The position numbers and the translations under genes are program-made. From the IMG/VR virus record IMGVR_UViG_3300028364_000013: a stretch of DNA of 64,000 bases; one strand, given 5' to 3'. This document shows positions 1 to 9,701 of the stretch, one piece after another. This DNA is from a virus. Taxonomy: Duplodnaviria > Caudoviricetes. How positions within the stretch are numbered: position 1 is the first letter of the stretch; each line of letters opens with the position of its first letter. The notes below the pieces were generated by a model that made no database searches, was not told the origin of the DNA, and saw only the letters and a program-made list of their open reading frames with translations.

Positions 1-2
1 AG

Positions 3-272
3 GGCTCAGCTAAACCAACTGCTGCAAAGCCAGTAGCAAAAAAACCAACTGTTGCAAAGAAGGTTGTTGCAAAGAAGCAGGATTCACCTATTAAAAAAGC
101 AGCATCACCCAAGATTGTAACTACCAGAAAACCAGCTGTTAAAAAAGTTGTAGAAGCGAAAAAGTCAGTTATCACAAAGAAACCAGTTGTTAAAAAGCAG
201 GATTCTCCAGTAAAAAAAACAGTCATAAAAAAAGCCGCCCCTAAGGCAGCTTCTAAAACTTCTAAGAAGTAA
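3..272 (+). CDS. C-terminus of Lys/Ala/Pro/Val-rich histone H1/HC2-like protein (5' truncated by window edge, not in ORF track)
   Basis: Frame 3 translates as GSAKPTAAKPVAKKPTVAKKVVAKKQDSPIKKAASPK...KKQDSPVKKTVIKKAAPKAASKTSKK then TAA at 270-272. Confidence 0.7.
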   Translation, partial: GSAKPTAAKPVAKKPTVAKKVVAKKQDSPIKKAASPKIVTTRKPAVKKVVEAKKSVITKKPVVKKQDSPVKKTVIKKAAPKAASKTSKK

Positions 273-464
273 TTATTTTTTAGAATGTTTCTCTAACAAG
301 TGAGCATTCAAAAGCATGACTGCTGAGCTATCATCTTCTGCAACTACTGTCCATGTTGGAGTTTTTACTGTAAATGGGTCCAATAGTTTTGGATTGCTGT
401 TTACAGATTCTTCTTTAGTGAAAAGTATATCCCCATTTCCACCTTCATATAAAACGTATTTCAT
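273..464 (-). CDS. hypothetical protein
   Basis: 63 aa ORF with TATTTATA motif upstream (480-487). Confidence 0.55.
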   Translation of the reverse strand: MKYVLYEGGNGDILFTKEESVNSNPKLLDPFTVKTPTWTVVAEDDSSAVMLLNAHLLEKHSKK

Positions 465-498
465 AGCTATTGATTTGTATATAAATAGATAATAAAAT

Positions 499-861
499 TT
501 ACCTTATAAAGAACTTCTGAGTATATAAACCTATTTTTAGGACATATATACCTTGTGGCAATCCTTCTGTGTAAACAACGTCTTCGTTTCCGTTTCTAAC
601 AATCTGCCCCATCATATTATACAGTTCGAAGTTAGAAGGACTTGATAGATAAATGTTATTGTCACCACTCTTAGAATATGTGTAAAATATTTGACTCTCA
701 TTTTGAATTGCTATCACGTCAAAAGTTTCTTTTTCTCCATCATAATCCACTTGAGAAAGTCTATAATAAGTGTATGATATAAATGGCTTCACATCTGTGT
801 ATTCATACCTAATTGTTGATGCGCTGTTTCCTGCGCCTTTAACAGTAGATAATGTATTCAT
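499..861 (-). CDS. T9SS type A C-terminal sorting domain protein lacking a signal peptide
   Basis: GAGNS..Y.YTD..P...YYRL.QVDYDG module followed by LYNMMGQIV...GLPQGIYVLKIG...KFFIR, typical of Bacteroidota T9SS cargo C-termini; in-frame TAA just upstream of the ATG. Confidence 0.7.
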   Translation of the reverse strand: MNTLSTVKGAGNSASTIRYEYTDVKPFISYTYYRLSQVDYDGEKETFDVIAIQNESQIFYTYSKSGDNNIYLSSPSNFELYNMMGQIVRNGNEDVVYTEGLPQGIYVLKIGLYTQKFFIR

Positions 862-866
862 TATTC

Positions 867-1136
867 TTAATTATGTTCGTGATTGTGTTGACACTTCTTG
901 TGGTGTCTATAGTCTTTGATTCCTATTACTAAAGTAAGTATCCCAATTACACCCCAAACTAAAGCAAAGAAAGGGCTGTGCATCACCTTTTCAATCCAAC
1001 TACTATGGTCGTGCTCATGAACGTGTTCTGTAGAGTAAGCAACCAAAAGCATTGATTGAATGAATTGAATTATATGAAACATTCCATGAAGAAAGTTTAA
1101 CACACCAACAGATATTAATATTAAAGAGCGTTTCAT
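867..1136 (-). CDS. small two-TM His-rich membrane protein
   Basis: two hydrophobic segments with HVHEHDH and HNHEHN tracts. Confidence 0.6.
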   Translation of the reverse strand: MKRSLILISVGVLNFLHGMFHIIQFIQSMLLVAYSTEHVHEHDHSSWIEKVMHSPFFALVWGVIGILTLVIGIKDYRHHKKCQHNHEHN

Positions 1137-1549
1137 TACTTAGTTTTTAAGGCGTTTTCTTGAATTATACCCATCAACAAAGAATTGTACAACTCTAATT
1201 CCTCATTCTTCTTAATCAATTTTACATTTACATCTATAATTGAATCACGAGCGTTCTCTGTAGTTTTTATGATTCCATCTCTGCTATCAGTAAATTCAAA
1301 TATAGAAAGAAGCGTATCTCCTACCTCATGCTTGTAGTTTGTGTAATAAAATACACTTCCAGAGTTAGTCTTTAACTTAACTCTATAAGGATAAATACTT
1401 TGCAGACAATCTGAACAATTTGATGACTCTACTGTCTTTTCAACTTGCTCAACCACAAGACTGTTCTCAATTGAAGCTTCTCCTTCTGGGCCACAAGATG
1501 TAAATAATATAGCCACTAATAATACTGATAATAATTTAAACTGTTTCAT
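1136..1549 (-). CDS. putative lipoprotein
   Basis: signal peptide with lipobox-like LFTSC. Confidence 0.6.
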   Translation of the reverse strand: MKQFKLLSVLLVAILFTSCGPEGEASIENSLVVEQVEKTVESSNCSDCLQSIYPYRVKLKTNSGSVFYYTNYKHEVGDTLLSIFEFTDSRDGIIKTTENARDSIIDVNVKLIKKNEELELYNSLLMGIIQENALKTK

Positions 1550-1611
1550 TTTCTGTTTTTAATATTGGCTCAGCATCTTCAAAGACTACCTCTACCTTGT
1601 TTATAATTGTG

Positions 1612-2538
1612 TTAATTAAAATCTTCTTGCAATTTCCATAGAGGACCAAAAGGGGTTGGAATTCTACTATAAGTAAACTCTTTATCTTTAGTAAATATTG
1701 GCGGAGCTATTATTGACCAACGACTTCTAATTACTTTACCAGATGGTCTTTTGTTTTCTGGAATATTTTTCAAGTCAATTATAGCTTCATAATTTTCTCT
1801 ACAAATAAACCCACCCCTTTTAAACCTTACTGGGTAATCATTCCAATTAACCCCTTTTTGAGTCATCATCATATCTTGCATTTCATTTGTAGATTTTTTG
1901 TGAAGCTCTTTGTGAGAAAATAATGACTGTGCTGCCATTGAAATTGAATTCCTTGTAGCGTCTTGTTGCCTCCAAACAAAACAATTATGAACTTCATATG
2001 GGTCAGAAAAACACATAACTCTTGCATCAAAAAATGCAAGATTTGAATTAATTGGCATATAATTTATAAACGAAGAAATATCATCTCTTACAACTTCTAA
2101 ATTTGTTCCAACTTCATAATGCTCTCCAATAGTTTTATCATTTTCCTGTACTATATTTGTTTCAGGACCACAAAAATATCTAAACATTCTAAGTTGATTA
2201 AACTTAGCTGAAGCCATAGAAGCAGAAATAGATACTATTTTTTGAACTTGATTTTTAAATAATGGTTGAGCACTATCAGAACCAACAGTAGTTATAAAAA
2301 TAGAAATTTCATCAGATTGAACGTAAGCAAACTTAGCGCCCTGAAGATTCTCACACAAAAACCTTGCTGTCTCATCCATATCAGATGAAAATGCCTCATC
2401 AAATGGCCTTTTTAAACCTTTAGTGTAAGTGTGAAATGCCTTTCCATCTAGTCGAATTACTAAATAACTCCTAGGTCCCAAATAAGACCTGCTACTAAAC
2501 TCATAATTTTTCATTCTATCCCCTAAATCATCTTTCAT
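1612..2538 (-). CDS. thg1: tRNA(His) guanylyltransferase Thg1-like protein
   Basis: RLDGKAFHTYT, YVQSDEIS, FDARV, WRQQDATRNSI motifs. Confidence 0.92.
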   Translation of the reverse strand: MKDDLGDRMKNYEFSSRSYLGPRSYLVIRLDGKAFHTYTKGLKRPFDEAFSSDMDETARFLCENLQGAKFAYVQSDEISIFITTVGSDSAQPLFKNQVQKIVSISASMASAKFNQLRMFRYFCGPETNIVQENDKTIGEHYEVGTNLEVVRDDISSFINYMPINSNLAFFDARVMCFSDPYEVHNCFVWRQQDATRNSISMAAQSLFSHKELHKKSTNEMQDMMMTQKGVNWNDYPVRFKRGGFICRENYEAIIDLKNIPENKRPSGKVIRSRWSIIAPPIFTKDKEFTYSRIPTPFGPLWKLQEDFN

Positions 2539-2557
2539 ATTTTATGTTTTTTTAATA

Positions 2558-2583
2558 TTATACGTAAATTAAAAATAAATGTT
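2558..2583 (-). promoter_or_regulatory. AACAT-N14-CGTATAA promoter-like motif upstream of thg1
   Basis: exact bipartite match, 14 nt spacer. Confidence 0.7.
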
Positions 2584-2648
2584 TCAACTTCATTGTAGAG
2601 AAAATGATGTATTTATAAAATTTTACATATTTATATAAAAACAAAAAT

Positions 2649-3452
2649 ATGAAACAATTAGAAGATGGTATTGAAAATCAGATAATAAAATTATACAAAG
2701 AAGGTATGAGTAATAAAAATCTATCAATTAAATTTAATTTACATAGAACTACGATTCAAAGATTGTTAAAAAAAGAAAAAATAAAATTACATAAAAGAAA
2801 AAGCGATTTAGTATGTAATAAAAGTTTCTTCATGTCTTATACAAAAGAAAGCTGTTACTGGGCTGGGTTTATATTAGCCGATGGATATATTAGAAAAAAC
2901 AGCAGTAATCTACACATTAAACTACATAAAAGAGATTCTAATCATCTAATTAATTTTTTGAGATGTTTGGATATATTGGAATCAGATATTTTAAACATGG
3001 TTAAATACAGAGAAAATGATAAAGAAAACTATTGTTATATAGATTTACATATTGATGAATTTATTATTGGATTGAGAGATTTGTTTTCAATAGTTAATAA
3101 AAAATCTTTAACTGCTAAAATAGATAATAAAATTCCAGAAAATATGCTAAAACATTTTATTAGAGGTTACTTTGATGGAGATGGGAGTATAAGTTCTGTG
3201 AGAAAAATATATCCTGTAATATCTTTTACTGGAACTCTGGAAGTTTTAAATAGTATTATTGATTTTTGTTCTAAAAACAAATTAAAAGAAAACCATAAAC
3301 CTAAAATTTATATTAGGTATCACAATATAGTGGGTTCATTCGCTTACTATGGTAAGGATTTTATAAAAAAATATTATAATTTATTATATGAAGATTCTAA
3401 TGAAAAAATTGAATTAAAAAGGAAAAAGGAAAAAATAATATCTTTTTTATAA
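2649..3452 (+). mobile_element. free-standing LAGLIDADG homing endonuclease with N-terminal HTH
   Basis: YWAGFILADGY and FIRGYFDGDGSI motifs; antisense to neighbours; TATTTATA at 2628-2635. Confidence 0.85.
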
Positions 3453-3520
3453 TAATAATTTACACCAATCACCCATTGTTTCAAATTTCATATTAATTCT
3501 TATTTTGTATAGTCAATTTG

Positions 3521-3546
3521 TTATACGCAATAAAAACAAAAATGTT
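3521..3546 (-). promoter_or_regulatory. AACAT-N14-CGTATAA motif pointing antisense into the LAGLIDADG gene
   Basis: exact match; only a 14-aa remnant ORF (MKFETMGDWCKLLL, 3447-3491) follows. Confidence 0.65.
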
Positions 3547-3548
3547 CT

Positions 3549-3581
3549 AAAAAAAACGCCCTCATTTCTGAAAGCGTTTTT
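3549..3581. terminator. intrinsic terminator-like hairpin
   Basis: AAAAACGC / GCGTTTTT inverted repeat with A and T tracts. Confidence 0.5.
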
Positions 3582-3652
3582 ATTTTTATTAAAATTAAGT
3601 AATTTATGTAGATGAATCAGCAATAACGCTTCCAGCTCCAAGATTAACAGAA

Positions 3653-4231
3653 TTAATATTTCCTTCTTGTTGCAGTAACAATTATTTCACCAAAAACTTT
3701 AGATAAATAATCACTTGAATTGTTGTTAACTAATTCTATATAAGCATTAAAAACAGCAGCAGCCTTTGTATCAAACGCATCTTTACCAATTCTTTTAGAA
3801 TCATATGCAGACTTTAATCCAGCTATTGTATCTGTTGCTTTTTCTGCCAAAGCATTAATACCATCAATATAACCTTTTATCTCGATATCTTGAAGGATGG
3901 TGTCATAAGAATCAGCAGCCTCTTTAGAGAGTTCTAAAATAGCATCTTTAGACACACTCTTTACTTCTGCAAAAGTAGCGTTTGTAGTTGTGTTAAACCC
4001 ACTTCTAATAAAGGCAACCTTTTCTCCAAATGGAGGCGTACTTCTCCATAGTGAAGCATATACTTCTCCTCCAGAGTTTAAAACTTCTTGTTTGTTTAGA
4101 ACTAAGTTTGGATTATTTATATCTTCTATAACAGTCCATACTCCAGGTTCTATGTTTAAGATTATATTTTCTCCTTTTTTATTAAGAGTTGAAATCTTCG
4201 ATATTCTTCTTGTTTTTATAGCTACTAACAT
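3653..4231 (-). CDS. hypothetical protein
   Basis: 192 aa ORF; TATTTATA upstream (4245-4252). Confidence 0.65.
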   Translation of the reverse strand: MLVAIKTRRISKISTLNKKGENIILNIEPGVWTVIEDINNPNLVLNKQEVLNSGGEVYASLWRSTPPFGEKVAFIRSGFNTTTNATFAEVKSVSKDAILELSKEAADSYDTILQDIEIKGYIDGINALAEKATDTIAGLKSAYDSKRIGKDAFDTKAAAVFNAYIELVNNNSSDYLSKVFGEIIVTATRRKY

Positions 4232-4265
4232 GATTTGTTTTTATTATAAATAAAAAACAAATTAA

Positions 4266-6182
4266 TTAAACTCTAACTATTACTAAACAAACATCATCAA
4301 CTTGTTCGTTCACCCCCATCCAAGCATCAAAGTTTTTTTCTAAAATTTCCTTTTGAACTTCTACTGGCTGGTCAATGTTTTTTTGTATTTCTTTTTTTAA
4401 GTTTGCTGTTTTATACTTCTTGTTTTTATCTCCACCAAACTGGTCAACATAACCATCACTCATAATATAAATACAATCACCCTCTTCTAATTGAAGTTTA
4501 TGGTTAGTATAGACAGAATCAATGTCTCCAATATAATTTTTATCAGACTTAACTTCTATTAAATCTCCACTTTTCTTAAAAAGATATAAAGAGTTAAATG
4601 CTCCAGAGTATTCTAACTCTTTTGTTTCTAAGTCAAGAGAACAAAGAGCTATGTCCATACCATTCTTTGTATCGTTGTCAGAGAATGCATCATAAACATA
4701 CTTGCTTAAGTGGTCTAAAATTTCAGAAGGTTTTGTCATCCCTTTGACTTTAACAGAATCATTTAGAGAATTGTTTCCAATCATACTCATCATTGCTCCT
4801 GGAACTCCGTGACCAGTACAATCTGCTGCAGTAAATAAAAATTTGTTTTCATTTTTATGGAACCAATAGAAATCTCCAGACACAATATCTTTTGGCTTAA
4901 ACAAAATGCTTGAGTTTTCATAAACATCTTTAATAGTCTCCTTTTTTCCAAAAATAGAATCCTGTATTATTTTAGCATAATTAATGCTATCTGTAATTTC
5001 TACTTGTTGGTGAGTTATTTCTTCTGTAAGTCTAATCTGCTTTTTTCTTGAACGCTGTACTAAAAACAACATCGAAAGGACTATAGCAGCAATAATTGCT
5101 GTTAAGAATATTGCAATGTTTCTTTTCTTAATTTCAGACTCCTTCAAAAGGTTTTCGGTATTAAGAATTTGAATCTCTTTTTCCTTTTCGTTTGTTCTAA
5201 ATTTAGTTTCTGCTTCCAGTATATCCTGGTCATTACCCTGCTTGTTTAAAGAGTCTGAAATAACCTGATACTTTTCAAAGAACTCTAAAGACTTTTTATA
5301 GTCTCCAGTTTTCTTATATAAATCATGAGCGTTATCAAATAAGTTTTGAGATAAAATAATATAATTAGCCTCCTTCTCTTTAGCTAAAGCAAGAGTTAAA
5401 TACTTTTCAGACTTACTGTAATCTTCAGTTAAATTATAGAAGTCTGAAAGCTCCATTTCTATATATGCAATTAACAAGAAGTATTCAATTTCTTTCGCCA
5501 ACTCATACGCTTTGAAAAAGTGTTTCTCAGCATTTTTATAGTCTTTTTTATTTTGATATACGAGACCTATATTATTGAAGATTTGAGCAGAAACTTTTTT
5601 GTTATCAGTTTTGTTCGACTTTTCTAAAGCTAAATAATAATTCTCAAGAGCCAATTCTAATTCTTCAATTTCAAGATACACATTTGCTAAAAATCTTAAC
5701 GAAGAACAAATCAACTCATCATCTCCCATGTTGTTAGAAATATCTAAAGAGTACTTTGCATAGTCAAGAGCTTTTACAAAATCTCCTTTGTGCTGAAATG
5801 TAATAGACAAAGAAATAAATAAATCATGCTTTTCTCTCTCTACATTTACTTCATTCTTAAGCAAATCTTGCGAGCTCATATATAACTCAACAGCTTTATC
5901 ATAAAGACCTAAGTCACTTTGTAGGTCAGCAAATTTATTTATAACACAAACTTCATCTTTTTTGTTACCACTGTTCTGAGCTAATTTAACCCCTAACTCG
6001 AAATATTCATAACCTAAATCAATATCTTTTTTAGAATAGGCAAAGTCTAAAATGCTCTTAACATTCTCAATCTTCTGAGAATAAGTAGTAGAACTATTCA
6101 AATCAGACTTCATTTCTTCTAAACCCTTTGAAAAGGTGATTATAGAAATAAAAACAAGCATTAATGTTAATAGAGTTTTCAT
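4266..6182 (-). CDS. membrane sensor: signal peptide, TPR repeats, TM helix, SpoIIE/PP2C phosphatase
   Basis: TPR-like helices; TM segment IAIFLTAIIAAIVLSMLFLV; PKDIVSGDFYW, DCTGHGVPGAMMS, SDGYVDQFGG, QVDDV motifs. Confidence 0.88.
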   Translation of the reverse strand: MKTLLTLMLVFISIITFSKGLEEMKSDLNSSTTYSQKIENVKSILDFAYSKKDIDLGYEYFELGVKLAQNSGNKKDEVCVINKFADLQSDLGLYDKAVELYMSSQDLLKNEVNVEREKHDLFISLSITFQHKGDFVKALDYAKYSLDISNNMGDDELICSSLRFLANVYLEIEELELALENYYLALEKSNKTDNKKVSAQIFNNIGLVYQNKKDYKNAEKHFFKAYELAKEIEYFLLIAYIEMELSDFYNLTEDYSKSEKYLTLALAKEKEANYIILSQNLFDNAHDLYKKTGDYKKSLEFFEKYQVISDSLNKQGNDQDILEAETKFRTNEKEKEIQILNTENLLKESEIKKRNIAIFLTAIIAAIVLSMLFLVQRSRKKQIRLTEEITHQQVEITDSINYAKIIQDSIFGKKETIKDVYENSSILFKPKDIVSGDFYWFHKNENKFLFTAADCTGHGVPGAMMSMIGNNSLNDSVKVKGMTKPSEILDHLSKYVYDAFSDNDTKNGMDIALCSLDLETKELEYSGAFNSLYLFKKSGDLIEVKSDKNYIGDIDSVYTNHKLQLEEGDCIYIMSDGYVDQFGGDKNKKYKTANLKKEIQKNIDQPVEVQKEILEKNFDAWMGVNEQVDDVCLVIVRV

Positions 6183-6208
6183 ATTATAAATTTATTGGTT
6201 CTATCTTG

Positions 6209-6234
6209 TTATACGCAATAAATTCAAAAATGTT
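6209..6234 (-). promoter_or_regulatory. AACAT-N14-CGTATAA motif
   Basis: exact match upstream of the TPR-SpoIIE gene. Confidence 0.7.
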
Positions 6235-6253
6235 CTATATAATCATAAATATC

Positions 6254-6850
6254 TTATTGAGCTACAATGAAATTTAATTCAAAATTCTCCTTCTCTACAT
6301 TGAATTTCTCAAGTTCAAATAATCTAAATCCGTTGATGCGGATGTCAGTAGGAAAGAAGCACTTCCAACCTTGACTCATACCTTTATGAATATAATAGAA
6401 GAACGCAATTTCTCTTTTTCCTTCCTCATTCTTATATCTAATTGCAGCAGTATCATTTGTCATGAAAACATGCTCACTAAATTTAAAGCCTGGCTTTTTA
6501 CCAATTGATTCAGTTGCTTTTTCTCTAAAGTTATCAATATCTAAAACATCATCAACTACATTCCATGTTTGACCAGTTATCTTGATTATCTCGAAACATC
6601 TAAATCCAAATATGTGATTATCTGTAGGAAAAAAATATTTCCAGTAATCCTCATCATATTAAAATAGAGCCAGAGCATCTTTTGTGCTTGTTTTATTGAA
6701 CCTTACAAAAGCTGAATGGTCAGACAGAGCATATCTACTTTTTATCGTGAAATCTTCTCCATTCACATTTCCTACTCTATTCTTTTTAGAGAAATTCTCA
6801 GCTACCTTCTGAATTCTCTTATCTAAATCTGTTGCTAATTTTTTCTGCAT
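6254..6850 (-). pseudogene. tandem two-domain hypothetical gene interrupted by a single in-frame TAA
   Basis: ORFs 6659-6850 and 6254-6463 share a frame; the only stop between them is TAA 6659-6661; halves align (ALF*Y...WKYFFPTD..I.GFRCFE vs AFFYY...WKCFFPTD..I.GFRLFE). Confidence 0.7.
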
Positions 6851-6851
6851 A

Positions 6852-7823
6852 TTACGTTAGTGGCAATTCTCTTCTTGCTCTTTTTATATTGTTTTTAATC
6901 ATAGGGACTCCAGACTGAACTGCTTCAAAGAAAGTTTCCTTATCTTCCAATACTGGCATAATTACATTATTGTAAATTGCTGCCTCTGCATTGAAAAACC
7001 AATATACACTCATAAGTGGAGATACGAATACATCCGCTTTCTTTTCATCTGGAAACATATGGTAATCACCAAACTCTCCTTCAGCTGCAGGAATTATTCT
7101 TGTTTGAACGTGAGACTTTCTATGTCCTGGTTGATTCCAGACATGTTCACAAGCCTGCTTGTACTGTTGGAAGCAATCCATGAAAGAAACAAGACTACAG
7201 CTTCCATAGAAACCTCCTTGCTTTGTTATCTGTGCCATATTCTCAAGAGCAAGATAATGACTTAACTTTTCTTCAGTCTCAGTTCCAAACCCAACACAAG
7301 ATAAAATCTTTGTTGGTACGTCAGCATTCTTAACAGCAGCTAACGTTAATGTATCTTCTAACATTGTTCCACTTCCATCTTCATTCCCTTTCATTATAGA
7401 ACTCATACCCGCTTCAACAAGAAGTATAGCATCTATCTCAAGATGCTTTATAAGCATATTAAGTGAATTAGAATATTCTTTCACACTCTGGTCTCTCTTA
7501 AACATCCATATTGGAACGTCTTGATTTCTTGCATCTCTAAACCAACTTGAAAGATATGCTTCTGGTAAATTTTCAGAAGGAGTTTTTAAATTCCCACTAA
7601 CTCCTACACAACCAAGTGCTATAGGAATTGTTTCAACATGTTGATTTATTTCCACCCAATTGGATTGGGTATAATTTGCCAAATGTAATCCCATTTTCAT
7701 TTTTTCAAGAGTAAAATAGATTGGAAGACTTGAAAACACATCAACTCCTCCTCCAGCTCCAAGTATTAATATATTTTTAGACTTTTGTAACTGCATCACT
7801 ACAGGAATAGGTAAATTCAACAT
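6852..7823 (-). CDS. DUF1152-like protein
   Basis: N-terminal ILILGAGGGVDVF, LIKHLEIDAILLV, GFGTE, VSPLMSVYWFF. Confidence 0.7.
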   Translation of the reverse strand: MLNLPIPVVMQLQKSKNILILGAGGGVDVFSSLPIYFTLEKMKMGLHLANYTQSNWVEINQHVETIPIALGCVGVSGNLKTPSENLPEAYLSSWFRDARNQDVPIWMFKRDQSVKEYSNSLNMLIKHLEIDAILLVEAGMSSIMKGNEDGSGTMLEDTLTLAAVKNADVPTKILSCVGFGTETEEKLSHYLALENMAQITKQGGFYGSCSLVSFMDCFQQYKQACEHVWNQPGHRKSHVQTRIIPAAEGEFGDYHMFPDEKKADVFVSPLMSVYWFFNAEAAIYNNVIMPVLEDKETFFEAVQSGVPMIKNNIKRARRELPLT

Positions 7824-7907
7824 AATAATTTATTTTATACAAAAATATTGATTTAATATCAATTTTCAAAATTTTAACATATTTATATATGTATTAAAAT
7901 ATGTATT

Positions 7908-8138
7908 ATGAAAAAAAGAAAACTAATATCTATAACTCTTGATGAGTCTACTATTAATATTTTAGAAATTTTATCAAAAAAAGAAAATATTAATAAGTCA
8001 AGATTTATAGAAAATCTGATTTTAAATAAAACGTCTTCTGATGAAAATTACATTTACGCTTCAAATTCTGCGGGGCCAATAGCAATTCCAATATCAGAAA
8101 TTATTAGCAAAGTAAAAAAGGCAATGAAAGATGAATAA
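7908..8138 (+). CDS. ribbon-helix-helix (CopG-like) DNA-binding protein
   Basis: ISITLDE...ENINKSRFIENLI; overlaps the start of the downstream nuclease gene. Confidence 0.7.
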   Translation: MKKRKLISITLDESTINILEILSKKENINKSRFIENLILNKTSSDENYIYASNSAGPIAIPISEIISKVKKAMKDE

Positions 8139-9255
8139 TTTTAAAAAAACAATAAAAGAAAAGATAGATTCTGGAAATCACCGATTTTTAACTAAAGAGA
8201 TTCAAAGAGATAATGAATTTTTAAAATTTATAAATTTAGAAACAAAGTTTTTAGATGAAAAATTATCTTATACTCCAACAATACAACAAAGAGTATGGCA
8301 TGTATATAATAATTCAACAAATATAAACACTTGTAGAGAGTGTGAAGGTGAAGTTAATTTTATAAAACTGTCAAGAGGATATTCATTAACATGTTCAATA
8401 ATTTGTAAAAATGGTCCAAAAACTCAAGAAAATATTAAAAATTCATTAATTGAAAAATATGGATTTGAAAATGTTGGGCAAATTCCAAAAGTGAAAGAGA
8501 AGATAAAAAACACATTAAACGAAAAATATGGAGTTAATAATGTTATGGATATTAATGATGTTAAAATTTCTCATAAAAAATCAATAAACAAATCAATATC
8601 AGAACGTGGAGAATCAATAATAAATAAGAGAATAGAAACAGTTATGTCTGAATTTGGAGTTGATAATATTTCAAAACTAAAATTAATTAAAAATAAAAAA
8701 TCAGATACTTGTTTTAAAAATTTTGGTGTTAATAATCCTATGCAAAATATAGATATTAAAAATAAGGTAAAATTAACTAATCAAGATAGATATGGAGGTA
8801 ATTCTCCAATGTGTAGCGATTTTGTTAAGAACAAATCAATTAAAACAAGTTTAGAAAAATATGGAGTTCCATATCCAATGCAAAATGAGCATGTTTTCAT
8901 GAATAATCAAAAAAGTAGATTCAAGAAAAAAGAGTACATATTTCCCTCTGGAAGAATTGAATTAATTCAAGGATATGAAAATAAATCTTTAGATTTATTG
9001 ATTTGCGAATATGAAGAAGAAGATATTGTTGTTAATGATTTAAAAATTATGAATTTAATAGGAGAAATATGGTATACAGATTCACTTGGAATTAATCGAA
9101 GATATTTTCCAGATATATACATCATATCTGAAAATAAAATAATAGAAGTTAAAAGCAGTTGGACTTACAAGATAGATGAAGAAATAAATAAACTAAAAAT
9201 GCAAGCAGTAATTGATGCCTGCATTAATTTTGAATTTAATATATTTGAGTCCTAA
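8131..9255 (+). mobile_element. putative homing endonuclease: Zn ribbon, KYGV.N repeats, PD-(D/E)xK-like C-terminus
   Basis: CRECEG/CSIIC; repeated KYG(V/F)xN units; RRYFPDIY...IIEVKS. Confidence 0.7.
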
Positions 9256-9282
9256 TGTTTATTTAGGTATCTGATTTTAAAT

Positions 9283-9675
9283 TTATAGACTAGCCTCATA
9301 ATTGATGTAATCTGAATTATTTTCAATTATTATAAGCTCAAATTGCAATCCATCAAATTCATTAATTAAATCATTTTCTAATTTAATAAATGCATCATTT
9401 AAAATTAAATACGAATCTTTATCATAACCCTCTGGAAGTGGTATTTTTACATATCCAGACAAAATTGTTTCAGACTCTGTAATTCTACAACAAGGAATTG
9501 TTATGTATTTTATTGGAAATACCTCTTTAATAAAAAATTCTATTTCATCAATATTATATCCATTTGAATTTTTAATACTAATACCAAAATTACCTTCAAA
9601 CATTGGCGAATATGCATTCACATTATTTTTACAGTAAACTATATTTTTAAATTCTTCTAAAGTTAATTGTTTCAT
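9283..9675 (-). CDS. hypothetical protein
   Basis: 130 aa ORF. Confidence 0.55.
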   Translation of the reverse strand: MKQLTLEEFKNIVYCKNNVNAYSPMFEGNFGISIKNSNGYNIDEIEFFIKEVFPIKYITIPCCRITESETILSGYVKIPLPEGYDKDSYLILNDAFIKLENDLINEFDGLQFELIIIENNSDYINYEASL

Positions 9676-9701
9676 ACATTTTAATTTAAATTCATGATTT
9701 T

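Noticed and set aside
3600-3680. Possible frameshift extending the 3653-4231 protein by QEGNINSVNLGAGSVIADSST
   Set aside because: The alternate frame looks protein-like but is short, has no slippery site and cannot be judged without homologues.
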